NCBI RefSeq assembly: GCF_036321535.1
Contig: NC_087436.1
Span: forward strand, 36,582,001 to 36,646,000
DNA from: Camelus dromedarius
Lineage: Eukaryota
Direction: 5' to 3'
DNA: 64,000 nt
Of the stretch, positions 20,947-35,900 are shown piece by piece. The notes beneath the pieces were generated by a model, which had not been told where the DNA came from, ran no database searches, and saw nothing but the letters and a program-made list of their open reading frames with translations. How positions within the stretch are numbered: position 1 is the stretch's first letter; each line of letters starts with the position of its first letter. Position numbers and translations under genes: made by a program.

Positions 20947-23900
20947 CTAAAATAATTATAAATTATTATTAGTAAAGAGTACAGTGCCCTAGCACAGTCC
21001 TGACAGTAAGTTCAGTAACACCACTAAGCCTCCATAATATGCTCAAGACAAAATATTTTCACTAGGTGCAACTGATTATCTAACCTACTATTCTTGGATT
21101 CAGTGTAATAGCACTCAAAAAGTATGTGGTTGTAAGTGCCTTTAAGCCTACACAGCAATCAAATTTAGTGAATTTCATTATGATTAATTTATTTTAGGCC
21201 TCTTAAGTTACATGGTCATCGTAAACCTTTCAAGGATGTCTGGTTCTTTCTAAAAGATGTTAATTAACTCGATGGGAGGAATCCTTTCACAATGTATTTG
21301 TGTATCAAATCATGATGTTGTATACTTAAAATATCTGTTTTACCAATTATACCTCAATAAAGCTGGGGAAAAAAGGCTAAAATTTACTTAGAGTTTACTA
21401 TGTGCTAAACATGTTAGAAAGAATAGGGAGAAAATGGTTCTTCCTTCAGTGTCCTTCCATATAGAGGAACAGCATTAGTGAAACATTCCTGGTCATTCTC
21501 TGCCCTGTATTTATCTGATTGAAAAATTGACAGAGGAACTGAATAGATAGTTCAGTATTCTCCTTCTTACCTACTCTTAGGAACCACTCATTTTGAAGCT
21601 TTCCTCCATGCCATAGGTTTTTCAAGGACAGGTCCCTAAATAGCCCAAGAGTGTTCATTGCTGCCTGTGGCTAGGTGATTACACAGGGCCTCTGACTATA
21701 CAACTCTAGCACCCTCCACACCCCGCCCTTGAGTTCTGCATCACTGAGACCCTGTAGGTAAGTTCAAACTTGGACTTTGCAGTAGAAAGACATTGTTGCC
21801 TGACACCAAACCACATTCCCTGTTACCAGCTTTAGCAGTATTAAAGCTGTCGTTCTGATTCCTAGATGCCTCTCTTTTGATATTTCAGTTGGTCCTGAAC
21901 TTAGGTAGGGAAAAGGAGGGTATTAAGCATTGGTCTGCTAAAACTCTAACAGTTATAAGCATTTTGCATTAATTAACTCATGTAACCACTGTAACAACCC
22001 TAGAAGGTAGGTAATACCGTTTTCCAAATTCTTCATATGAGGCAACTGAGGCAGAAAGAACAGTTAGGTCCTTTAGCCAAGGTCACTCAGCTACTATGCT
22101 ATGAAGTTGGGCTTAGAGCCACAGCTCTTAATCACATTCTTCACCACAATATTTTATCAGTTAACTAGTCTCTTGGTATTTGCTAAAAAAGTAAGTGTAT
22201 TTGTGGCAAACAACTATTTTTATTTTCATTTTAAATTAAAATATACTTAGTCAATTTCATTATATTTCTTTAGATTTACAAATACTAAACAATTTTCTGC
22301 ATTAGGACCTTTGCAGTATTTTAATATTGTTCCTAAGTATTAATGCTGTTAATATTTCTCATGAGTACATGTAGCATTAATTAATACCAAAGTGTTTTAT
22401 TGATTTGATTACAACAAGTTTTATTAAATACAAATTACTAACACAAAGTCACTACTTTCTGCTTGTACAAGGAGTACACTGAATAATGGAGATCTTAATA
22501 GTTTAGAATGATTTTGTGGCATAAATATGTCTGAATAATAACCTTACCTAAATGAAATATGTATCATTCTGCAGAATACTGTGTGGGACTGTGATGGAGT
22601 TTTTTTTTTTTTTTTTTTTTGATACCATTATTCCATGATTTTAGACAGTTAGAATTTGATTAACAAAGCAGTTAAGAGGAAAGGGGAAAAAATAGGAAAG
22701 TTGTGTTAAATCACAAACAAAGGACACACAAAGCAAGTACTACTAGTTATAGCAGAAATTTAATATAATTAAAATTAAAAATATACTTTTGAAATTTTGA
22801 TATGAAAACAAGTTGGGATCATGGTTGTAGTAGAACATAATGCAGTAAAAGACCCTGAATCTGACATCATTACATTTGACATTTCAGGATGATTTTATAT
22901 TACTTAGTTTGCAGACAGAAAGACACTGTGACACTGTAGGTCCTATTACACTGTCATGACATATGTGAGAAATTGTTAACGTTTCCTTAATGATGATGTA
23001 TAACTTCTGCATCTTCCCAAACTTAAGTAATAAAACAGTTTACTGTAGCTACCTCAAATACCTGAAAATAACATCCTGGTGAGATGGTGAAAAAAATAAT
23101 AGCAACTGTGAAAGCAGAGTTATTCTCGTATTTTACTGATCGAGAGAATGTCACACAATGGACAGCTAATCAGCACTGAGCTATTCACAGTGTTTGTCCT
23201 CCTTTTGCCTTGCCTAGAAGCACTTACAAAAGCAGAAAGGAGCAGCAAAAATATCAGTCAGAAGCTGTAGAGGTTGTAAGTGACTAATTTATAAAAATAT
23301 TCTTTGGTAAACTGTATTTAACCTGCTGCATTATTTATAACCTTTTTCTCATAATAATCCCACAGGAAATAGGTAAATATATACACCCACTACTTACCTA
23401 AGAGTGGGTTCTAGATGCCATGTGTTGCACATAAAATCTCTCCAGTCCACAGTAGTGTAAGTGATGCTATCTTCTCTGTCTTTGTCAGAGGAATTTTCAT
23501 CATGTGTAATAATTGGACTTTTCTGTCCTGGTCGAGTAGATAAAATCCGAGGTGGAAAAATGGCTATAATGAAATGATAAATTAATATTGCAGACATGTA
23601 TCTTATAAATTTATTTTAAATCACTAATATGAATAAAGTAATTGGCTCCATTTATTTTATTTATTCATTTAATTACATTTCTTAAAAACTAATATTTTAA
23701 AATAAACCATAAAAAAGTGCCAATTATTGGTATTTCTTGGAGGACGACAATATCAAAGTTATTTTATTCTCTTACAAGAATTAGAAATAACATACCATCA
23801 TTTATTTTTGAATAATAGCACATATTTTACATATATTTGTGTGCCTAAATTTAATGGTAAAGAATATTGAGATTTATTTGATAGTGGGCATAGAGCTCTG

Positions 23901-26900
23901 AAATTGACAGTTGTAGGGTTCCTAAAAAATGCCTGTAGGTAAATGACTTTTTTTAACAGCTTGACTGAGATAACAATTCACTCATTTAAGGTGTACAACT
24001 CAATGGTTTTAATATGTTAATGGCTATGTATATATCTGAACAGTGGTTTAACTTACGAGGTTTTTGTTAAGATCTTTTTATAATTGAGAACTCAATGTTT
24101 TATGAAAAATCAAGTGTTTAAATTGGTGATCATAAATATACTTAAAATCAAATTCTGAGAGTTTTCATATGATCATTTTTTAATAAATATGGCATTTCTA
24201 TAGAGCACAGGTTTTCAAGACACAAACTGGGCATAAAATAATTAACTATGTAATATGCTGTGTATTATGTAGCTCTGCTTATAACTTTGTTAATTAACAG
24301 TGGGATAATGTATTGATTGGGAATGAACCTAGGAATGAAGCTGTACCATCACACCGCATCAGAATACAGATGTCTTCAGTTATTGCCTGCTCTGGTGCTC
24401 TGCTTTTGTTTATTACTGGTGGTGGTTACAGTGCTACAGTTTATCTTGATGTTCCAGAAGTATGTTGAGTATGCCTAGTCTTACACGCCATTAAGAATTT
24501 TCTGAGGCATGTTTATGTTTCTTTTGGCCAAAACTACTTGCTTTTAGTTTTTAAAAACAAAATATACTTACAGCTATTAAAATATTTTTACTTATAATTG
24601 AAATCCCCATAAATAGTAATTTTATTATTTTAAGTCCGATAATTAAGCCCCTAGTTCTCTTTTCTCATTAAAATAATGTTTTATAACAATTTATATAAAA
24701 ATATATATATTTTTAAGAAACACACAGCTCATGGCAGAACACAATATTTCATAAAATGACAAAGGTTTCACATAATACCTGAGAGAAATTTAGCAGGCTT
24801 TTAAAATCTAGATAGACTAGAAAAAGAATTCTGAACTTCATAGGTTTATCTAGAATCTGTGTTTCTCCACATTGTTTAAATATTAAGGCAGAGAGAAAAA
24901 CAAGAGGATTAACAGTGACTGGTATGTGTTGTTGCTTTATGTGAAAGCTGGATCTATGTATATTCCACATATTTCCTAATACATGCTTTCAACCATTTCA
25001 CTTGAATGACTTGTAGATTTCTTCCAGCCATCATTATTGATTTCACTCTTAATTTGTGGCACATCTAGATGAATAGTAATGGAAGAGCAATTCAATTTAT
25101 GTATGCTACTTTTGTACTCTTTCAACATGGTCATTTCATAACCTGTCTGTTTTCTTCACACATTCATCCTGAGGCTATTTTGAAATATCTGCAAGACAAA
25201 TTTTGTGTTTCTTTTTTCATGGAAAAAAATGTAGTATTATATTGTGACCTGAATAAATTACATCTATTCCAAGCAATTAAAAACAAGTCACATCTGTTGT
25301 TTTACCACTATATATTCATATAGTTGTGCAGTAAATGTTTATTGAGTGAATAAAGACCATGCATTTCTGGAGTATTCCATATCATGACATTTCAAACTGC
25401 CTCATTCTTTTAAACAGCTATAGAGTATTCCATTTCATTATATGGACACACCATAATATATTCAACCAATTCCATATGGATATTAGTGTCACCATATGTT
25501 TCTTAGTGGGCAAACATTTAAATTTCCACTGAGTAAACCAATGTTAGCTAGCTCATAAAAACAAAACAACACCACTGAAGTCTAAATAATTTATTTATAA
25601 AAAGAAAATGTTCTGTGCATTCCAAATAGATTTCTTATTAATTCCATTTTCCCAATTATGTATGTAACTCTTGCTAACTTTATTATACAGTTGTTTCTTT
25701 AGTCACTCCACTTTGACTAGCAATATTTCTTCAAAGAGGCTTTCTCTTTTCCTTCAACTTTGTAAGAGTATCTTACAAGACCTGATAATGTACATAACAT
25801 ATATGGAAACATTTTGTAAAGTATACAACACCAGTTTGAGGCTTGGTTAGAAAAAGAGTGCCGTGTACCTAGCGGATACTCAGAAAGTCTATCATACAGT
25901 CTTACTAACATTATTTATTGATATTTGTAACTTATGGAGGAAGTAGACCCTTTCTACTCATTTTATTATTAGACCATAAAAATCCATACAAATGGTACTA
26001 AAGAGCTGCCTTTCCCAAAGCTTGAAAGGAAAAAAAGAGAATGTTACCCACCTTTTTCTTTTTCTTTAAGATAAGCCGACACTAAATCATGAAGAAACAT
26101 GATGAGCTCAGCATCCATTGTCACACAGATGTGGTCAGTGAACTCTGTCACCACACTACATTCTACCTTTGGCTTCAGACTGACATCTGCAATGGAAAAA
26201 AGTTCTTTTGTAGTCACAGATTTATTGGAATAAGTCCCTTCCTGTTCCCTTTACATGGGCCCATGTTAATAAGGGATTTACATGGGTCCGTGTAAATGCA
26301 TCCACTTAAATACAACTATAAAAAAGATCCTGTATGTGATTTACAGAATGATTATGATTGTTTACTAAGCACGTTCTGAATATATGCCATTTATTCCTCA
26401 TAAAAACCTGACAAATGAAGTCCTGTTAGTCCCGTTTGAAGAGAAAGAGGCATAAATGGATTGAAGTATTTGCCACAGGGCGTCCAGCAGGTAAGAAAAT
26501 CTAATTGACCCAGAAAATCAATTTCATTATATTACAAAAATAACCTCTGGGGGAAAAAAAGCAGTTTGAAGATCCATTAGAATTTTCTTAGTAACTTAAG
26601 AAACTATAAAGATTATTTTTCCACATACCCTGTAATGAAGGTTCTTGTGGTTCTTGAACATGAATGGATTTGAAGTCAAGCTGCATTCTTGGTAGTGCAA
26701 AGATAGTCTCTGTTTCATGATTGTAGCTAGAACCTCCTCTGAATCCACTCAACAAACTAGAATTCTTCACCATAGTGCTACTCTCAGTGTTATTAGCATC
26801 AACATTACGAAGTAGGTTTAGCTCTACATGCATAATAAAGACAGTAAGAATCAAATTAAACCAATTAGGCATTGGTAAACATACAGTTTTCATGACACTG

Positions 26901-29900
26901 ATACAGAAAACTTTTATCATTTCAAAAATTGGAAAATAAAGACATTTAAACAAATAGAGCCATATAAAGCTTTGGTTTTTGAGACTAGTTATATACCTAT
27001 ATACCTACATAGACATAAATATGGACACACTTATATATGTATCACTATTCTCAATACCAAAGCTTTATAACATGATTGGATAAATCCAGTACATTTTGGT
27101 TTTTGTATCTTGAACTTTAAAATCAGTATTATTTTCAACTGAATTCATATCTAAATTTAAGAGTTTCATTAAGCTGAAACGTTTTCCATAGATCGAATAC
27201 TATTACAGAATTTATGATTAAATAGGATCCTGACCTTGAAACCAGGTGGAAGTCCCGATTTTCCCCAACATAATATGCTGTAGTTACCTTAGGGTTATAA
27301 AAATACAGCACTTTTCTGGTACACAGGTGGCAGTTCAGTATGCTAATAACCCTCCATAGTATCCCTTCCCTGAAGTGTCTATTTGGAAGGTATTATAGTC
27401 AGTACATGCAAAATCTTCTAATATACTTCCTTATCCTGCTTTGTTTTCAGGACATTTTTAATAGTCTCTAATCCCTGCAGTTGCCTATGCATAGCAATTA
27501 TTTTACATGGGGCCCAAGCCACCTTCTTTTCCATTCTGAAAGGAGGTCATTTTTAAGTAAAACATTCAACTCCCAACATGTCTCAATCTAGTCAGCTTTC
27601 CAATACAGATAAAATGCCTGGTAAAAGATTTACTGTAAACTCTAACACAGAAACAATCACAGAATAACAATTTTCATGACTGCAGTTACTACAGGACTGG
27701 TGAATCTAATCAAATGAAAAAAAATTCATCAAAGCACTTTCTTAAAATTTATGACTTCATAAGAATAGTACTTAGTTTCATTTTATTCCAGCCATCCTGA
27801 CCCTTAAGGTTGTGGTATGCTATTACTTAGTTGTGTAACAACTTTCCCAAACCTCCAATGTGAACATTACTACAAAAATACTCATTCAATATAGTTACAA
27901 TTACAGTTTTAAGTTACATCTAAAATAATTTATCTATGAGATGATGCACTACTAGGGTGGTGAAGCATGCACTAATACTGTTACTTATGGCAGCAGGAGT
28001 AAAATGAAACTTGTTTAAAGAAATGAAAAGTCTCCCTCTACTTAAATTCTAAACACAAAATAGAACAAAACAAAATCAAGCTCTCCAAAGAATCAAACTG
28101 TTAACCTTCATTCCTTGTGGCTGTAACATAATTGAACCATTCTTTCACACTTGCTACTCCATGGGGTGGATTTTCATGGCGGCGCCTTGTTATCTTGGTT
28201 ATTGTTGCCATAGGACTTTCCAAAGCACCACACGGTTTGGTAACCATAGTATTATGGCCCAGATGAAAATCCAGTGTTTGTACAATGTATGTAGAATGAT
28301 CACTGGAGCCTAGAGGGGAAAAACAAGTTTCTTAAGTAACAAACTATATAGATAGATAGATGCAAGAAGAGAGTTTTGCCTTAAAAGCAACAGATTTAGC
28401 TAAGTAAGTCATACTTAGATAGGGAAGGCTGTAAAACTGAGGAGTAAAAATAAGTGAGAAAAATCACAGATACTTTTTCTTAGTTATAAATGGATTTATC
28501 CCCAGAAGATGAAGAGCATCCACCATTTTTCCTTCATCATTAAGAAACCACTGAGTAGAAAATTAATGCTACAAGAAACTATGAATAGAGGCAAAAAGCA
28601 TGCCCTTGTGCATAGAAGGTTTGAAAATAGTTCAGACTGGCAAGTAATTTCCTAATACTACCACTCTGGGTCTTCTCTTCTTGTTTTTATAAGAAATATT
28701 TACAATAACTACTATTATGGCTATGGTCGGCCACAGCAGCAAAAACTTTAATTGCCTGAGTAAGAAACATAGTAACATGGCAAGTACAGAAATAAGTTCT
28801 TCAACATGCCCCAGACTTTATAGACTCATTGGCAGTAAACTCCTTCACACATCAGCTATGTGTTAAGTAGAGATGAACTTCAGAAATATAAGAAAAACAG
28901 ATAAAAAATATGAGAAAGGAAAATTACTTTGTCAAAGATAATCATATGAGAAGGTGGGAAAAAGTGAAAGTTGAATGTGTGTCAGTTTACCATCTTCCCA
29001 GATTTTCTGAGCTTCAGTCCAAAAAGCAATATTTGGTTCTTCTAAGTGAAAAAGGGCCCAGGATTTTGAACGGAAATTTGGACCATGAAAACAAGCTAGT
29101 GTCATATGATTTCCATGTAAGCTCATTGATCCTCCAAACTGCATTCCATCTTCTGGTAACGGAATCTGAAATAAGGATATGTGGCATCCTGACACCACTT
29201 TCAATACTCCAGGCCAGTGTCGATGATGAGCTGCATCAAGCACTGCAAGAAAACCAAAAACCACTTATTCTCAAGTGTCTCATGAACATCTTGAATGGTG
29301 GGTGGGAAGGCAGCAGGTGGCTACTCTCTACAGCTGAAGTGACTCAGATAAGGAAGAAAACAACAATTCAGCACCTGGTTAACGTTAAGAGAAGCTAATC
29401 AAGATACACTCTGGGAAATGATGCTGCACAAGGATGGGCAGAACGAAAGAAAGTAGCAACTTGCTAATAATATTTACAATGAATGCTTCTGCACTGATTA
29501 ATGATTTACAAAATGCCTCCATGAAATTTTATACAATTATCACAGTAACTTTGTAAACTAGTTATTTCATCTAGACTCTTCAAGTGAAGCAGAAGAGAGG
29601 CTAAGTAAACCATTGATTAGAAGTCTAGAAATCAAAGGCAGATCCCTGATTTTTAAGCATTTTTAGCTATTTTATACCCCTGCTGCTGCTGCAAAGTGAG
29701 GTCTGAAGACCAGCAGTGTCAGCATCACCTGGGAGCTTGTTAGAAATTCACTCTTCTAACCACTCCATATCTACTGTATTAGAATCTGCATTTTAATAAG
29801 ATCTCCAGGTATTTCAGATGCATATTAAATTCTGAGAACTAATCAGATAAACAGATGACCACCGAACAACACGGTGATTAGAGGTGCCAACCCTCTGTAC

Positions 29901-32900
29901 AGTTGAAAATCCACATATAATTTATAGTTGGCCCTCCATATCCACAGTTCTTCAGGATTCAACCAACCACGGTTCACGTGGTACCATAGTATTCACTACT
30001 GAAAAAAATCTGCATGTGGCCCTGTGCAGTTCAAACCCGTTTTTGAAGGGTCAACTGTACAATTCATATTTATATTTCCTACTTATTCCAGTAATATCCT
30101 CTTGTCTGTTTTCCACAATTCTCATTCTGGATCCAACCAAGAATCATGCATTGTATTTAGTTGGCATACCTCTTTAGAGGTTTCCTTTAATCTAAAACAT
30201 TCCCTAAGCCTGTTTGTTTTCCATCACAAGGACTTTTTTGAAGAATCCAGTCCAGGCATTTGGGAAAACAGCCCTCTGTTTGTATATGCCTGATGCCAAT
30301 TTTAGTTTAAAGGAAACACATGGACTAGGAGAACAAGATAAATGAAACCACAAGCAAGCAACTGAAAGGTAGGACAGAAGGTAGGACATTCTGTAGGACA
30401 ACTGACCAAGTCTCTTCAGCAAGTGAGGTCATTAAAAAAAGAACTGTACTAAATTTTAAAAGAGCAAGGAATATAACCATATTTAATCTGTGACTTAAAT
30501 TGAATATACTGGTTTGGACAAACCAGTTGTAAAGATAATTTCAGGTCAGTTGTGGATGAGAAGGCTAGAGGAGATAATTAGCAAAATGGAAAGGTGGAGG
30601 TTGTTGATTGGAAAAGGTTACAAAACAATATGAATAATAATTTGGTAAAAAGTACACATGTATTTAGGCGCATAGAAAAGTATCTGAAAGTATATGCTCT
30701 AAAGTGTTCACGGTGATGATTTCTGGGTGGAATGTGATGTTTTTATTTTTTGCTTGTATATATTTTCTGATTATTTTTCCAATGCATATGTATTGCTTCT
30801 GTGATAATAAAAATTATCCTTTGGTAATAATGTAACTTTAAAAAGCTAAAGCTCTAACCTGTTCTTAGAAATAATGATCAGTATATATATGTAAACTAAA
30901 AAAATGTGCAGTATATTATATTTACTTGCAATATAATGTATATGTGCAGTCAAACTCTAGTAATTCTCCCTAATAAAACTGAAAAAGAAAAAATAAAAAT
31001 TATCCTGCTTCTGACTTTTCACTTTTACGTGTATCACTCTAGTTAAAGCCACCATCATCTGTTGCCTGTACTCTCAGAATGTCCTGTTTACAATGGTAAT
31101 GTAACTATGTGTGTAACAATGGTAATGATAATTATTTTAGTGGTTTCCTTACTTTCATTCTTAACCACCTTAGTCAATTCCCCACACAGCAGCCAGAGTG
31201 ATGCTTTAAAAAGGACTATTTTTTTAAAAAGTAAATCAATATCAAATCTGTTCAAAACTCTCCAAGTTACCCATCATATTAAAAATCTTACCTGTGGCTT
31301 TTCTCTATGAATTCTTTCCAACATTTTCCTGCTTTCTCACTCTGTTCCACCAAAGTGGGCCACCTTTCTGATCCTCAAGCAAGCAAGTTTCCTCCTGACT
31401 GTAAGAACTTTGCACACTTCAATAGCCTACTATGCCCAGAACTCTATTCCCCCAGATTTTAGCCTAGCTCTTTCACTTCAGAAAAGGTTTCCCTGACCAC
31501 TCTTTCTAAAATAGCTATCCTCACATGCTATCATTCTCTATATCCTCCCTGCTTTTTTTTTTTTTTCCTCTCAGAACTTCTCTCGACTTCAAAGTATCTT
31601 ACATACTTACTCAGTAAATTAGTTATGGTCTGTCTGTCCCATTAAAATGTAAGCTTTATGAAGGTAGGAACTTTGTCCACTAGTAGATCCCCTATGCCTA
31701 AAATAGTACTTAAGAACATGGTTGATGCATAAATGTTTGCTGATTAAGTTACTGAGTGAAAACAAGAATCTGTCTAATATGACATCACTCATAATTCCAC
31801 CAGAACGTGGAATTATCATAATTTGTATTCAAGAGCATGGATTATGGTTGTATGTATTAAACATTCAAGTGAGTATGAGTAATGTAATGAGAAATAGAAT
31901 GTAAGCTATTCAGATACAAAGAAAATATTATCATTAGTTGTAATTTGCAATAATATGATTCATTTGTAATGTCGTGATGCAATTTGTAGTAATGGTATGG
32001 TTGTAGATGAGCTGTGGCAGGGGAAGGAGATAATAAATGAATGACTTCCCAAATGATGACCTCTAATTCCACTGGTGGGTAGAAAATCAGGCACTTTGCT
32101 GAGTGAGAAGGATAAAGAGCATATGGATCACTCTGTAAGTATATAGATACTGTTTTAAATTAAGATCATAACACATACTTAGTGAAAGATAAAGCATGTA
32201 TAAAGTCTTAGTCTTCTAACTCTTACATTGTTCTTGTGAACTTTTCTCTAGGTTATTAGTCACTGTCTTAGGTGGAAGATAAGGAACTGGTCCCCAGGTA
32301 GACAGAGCTCGTTTGCTGGTGTCAAACTGCTGGGTGAAAAATTCCTGGAGCTTCATTCCTATTTTTATCAGGTCCGGTGTAGTTGATCTTGATATCATTA
32401 CTTGGAAAATATCCCACTTCAAATCTCCATGGACAAAAATTTCACTAAAGCATAAAACAGAGTCTTTATCATACATCTTATAGAAGACGGTTTAAAAGCA
32501 CAAGAAAAATTCTCTTCCCAACAGCTTTTCATTCATATTAATTGTATGATATAAAGTCATTTTGCAGGAAACATGGTTTGTGGTTTCTCACTAGATGATA
32601 GAAAACAGGTTAAGGACAGTCACGTAAAGTATTGAAAAAGTGTTACTAAATACCTTTTATCAGTCATGCTTGACTCCAGTGTATTATACAGATTTACTTT
32701 CCATTCATCCTGAAGCTTGAGATCAGCATTACTGAAGATGCCCATGAGGATACTTGAGCCCATGTAATCAACACGAGCTTCAGTAGAACCCATAGTAATC
32801 TGAATTTTGTGACTGGGTTGCTGATTTGGATGTTCAGAAATATGAGCTAATATAGAAACAATAAATTACTAGTCACAGAAATGCCTAATGGGAAAAACTC

Positions 32901-35900
32901 ATCAAAATCAATTTTCAAATATTTTTTTAAAATACATTTTTCAGTTGTAAAATTTCAACATACCAACCATCTCCAAAGCATTGACATCTATGGTCCCTCC
33001 AACTACTCCTCCTTTAGAATCTAACTGTGATCTTCCCAGACCAACAGACATGCTTATCTCTCTATCTCGGTTACTTCCTACTGACAGACGGCCCTGGCTC
33101 TTCAAACCACTAGTTGTCCAACTGTAAAAAAGAAAAAGGGTTATTAATTAGACATATGGCTTCCAATGTCATGAATTAAATAAAACAGGAGTTAGATGAT
33201 TTCAAAAAGGTTGGATGATGAAACAATACATTTCTTCTAAAAACTGTGGTAAACGTTTACATGATAAAGCTTTCTTCTTAACTAGAAAATCATACTATTT
33301 TTCTTAAAATTTTCTGGTTTTTTTAGAAAACATTTCATGCTGTTTTATATTACAGTATCTTTAAGGTGAAACTACTTTCAAGATAAAGCAATTTATATCT
33401 TATCTGCTGTTTTTACTGTCTCAAACATTTCAGTATTAAAAAAAGGTTTTGAATTGCTTTACAATATGAGAAAAATTAAAACTAATGATTAAATATATTT
33501 TCTTTGTATCTGAATAGCTTACGTTGTATTTCCCATTACATTACTCATATTCATTTGAACGTTTAATTGCTTCAAGTTGATAGCAAACACGACAAGTGTT
33601 TCCCATGGGGTCCCTTGTTGGCTTGCTGCTTTGTTTGATTTGTTAAAAGGAGTTGATGTTTTTGAAAGCGAATCTAAAAACAGAAAAATCAAATGTACGT
33701 TCATTCAGATAGATGCTCAGCCAATTACAAAGCAGAAACTACTCTTATCAATAATCCAAACAGTAAAATTATGATATTCTTGTGTTAAAACCTATCAGTT
33801 AATAGCTGTTATATTGCCTCTAAAATAAGTACTTATTGCATTTTTATTAAGGTTGCCAGCCCTACTTCTTGAAAACACATAAAGTTCTATATGACCTCCA
33901 TTTTATATGAGGAAATTCTGGTGTGCATGGGATACAGATCATTCATCACTCTAAAATTTTCTTAACAAAGGAGGAAATCATTAAGTTGCTGCTGCCAAAA
34001 AGAAAACTTCGGAGGCAGGTACCATTCTGAAACGCAGAGGCTGGCTGGGGTGCTTGTCTTCTGTGTTCTTATGGACTCTGTATATCTTGAATCCTGCATT
34101 TGCTCATTATACTCCACTCTTACCTTGTGCCATGAACTACATCATTTTTATATGCTTAGACACAAGTAGAGTATTGAGCATATAAGAATGTTCAAAAAAT
34201 ACTGGCTGAATAAAAGAATGACTGAATGAACGTCAAGATTAACTTTTTCAGTATCAAATATCTTTTACGACATTGTAGGTTTATTTTACTTCTAAAAATA
34301 GCTGTACCATATGGAGCATGCTAACAATATGCTCATTCCCCTCTCCCTCCCTATCCCTTTTCAAAGCTACTAGCCATCCAGATGTCCCTTCTGCTGGCAA
34401 ATACTGTGAAGTATTTATTGTCTGGTTTGGGATTTACCTGTCCCCCTCTCCTTCGTCTTCCCTAAAAACCTGCAAGAGTTTATCTCCCTTTAGCTGGGGC
34501 AGAAATCTGGGAGTAACTAATTAAGATTTTTATTTTGGGGGCCTCCAAGGGCTACTGATAATGAAGGAATCACTGTTACCTCTTCGGGGAACTGAAGAAT
34601 CAGACACACTCCGTGATCTTACGGAAGCTGGGGATTTTAGGCTCTGTGCTGCTGTCCCTGGTGACATGGTGCTGTTTGTCATATGTTCATTGAACACATT
34701 AGGTGACTGAGGCATGTGGGTGAAGGAGGCTGACTGACTAGGCTGTTCCCAGGTCCTGCAGTAAGCTTTTCTTGATGATTCAGGGGAAAGGTGCTGGCTT
34801 ACACCTTCAATGGAATCAGGTGTCCCTGGGCCAGATGCTAATAGAAAAGCAGAAAACAAAAACAAAATTAACAGGGTAAAATCACCATATTATAAAATTT
34901 TGCCACTCCACCATTTCTGTAATCACATTATACAGTCCTTCCAGTTCTCCACCTGACAACTATACAGCAGTGTACAGTTTGCAAAGTAAAATCCAGCATG
35001 TCATTTTATTTCATTCTCCCTGAAGCTCCATGAGAAGGGCAGGACAGGAACTTCTGTTCCCATTTTACAGATGAGAGAATAGACTGAGGCCCAGATTTCT
35101 GATATCTTCAACTATGTCATTAAGTCTACCTTTCACTTATTAATGTAATACTACAACAATATCTAAGTCCAAGAGAAAAAATGCAGTATGGTAGCACATC
35201 CCCAACATTTTGTTTTCCATGCTTAATGAACCATGATTAACTTGGTTAAATGTATTTCTGCACTTCTAGATTTTGCAAAGATTACAGAGTAATCACAGAA
35301 TAAAAATCAACTGAACTTAATCCCTGAGAGAGCATTTTGTGACCTCCAATAATACTGCAATACCAGTGGTTAGCACATTAAAGGGGCTCAATAGATATTT
35401 GCTCAATGAGTGAATGAACTGCATGGTACAACTTATCAAGTAAGAAAAAGTTTGTGTTATCAATCGTGGATCTTTTAACGACTGTAACCAAAATTAAAAG
35501 CAGCCCAAATATAATTTATAATTACATAACAAACTTACTTGGCAAATTTATAGTTTGGTCTCCGAGGAACAGGCGTCTTGCAATACTTCTCCTATACCAG
35601 GCTCTTGGAAACGCCAGAATTTCACTGAGTCGGCGCATATCATATTTGAAGGAAGCAGACCCTATATCACAAACAGCTGAGGCATATATAAAATTTGTTA
35701 GAACAGATTACCAAAACCTTTAATATTTTCATAAGGTATAATATGACATAATATTACACAACTGAATTAAAATTCAGTAACAATTCATGAAATACCAAAA
35801 TAAGTTACACAGTATGATTAGTAAGTGATAATGTGTGCCTCCCACAAATAATAAAAATAGTATATTCTAGCACTGTTAGTTCCATTTCCATTTTTGAGGT

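Noticed and set aside
28910..29398. 162-aa plus-strand ORF, the longest in the window
   Set aside because: Antisense shadow of the BLTP1 exon at 28991-29242.
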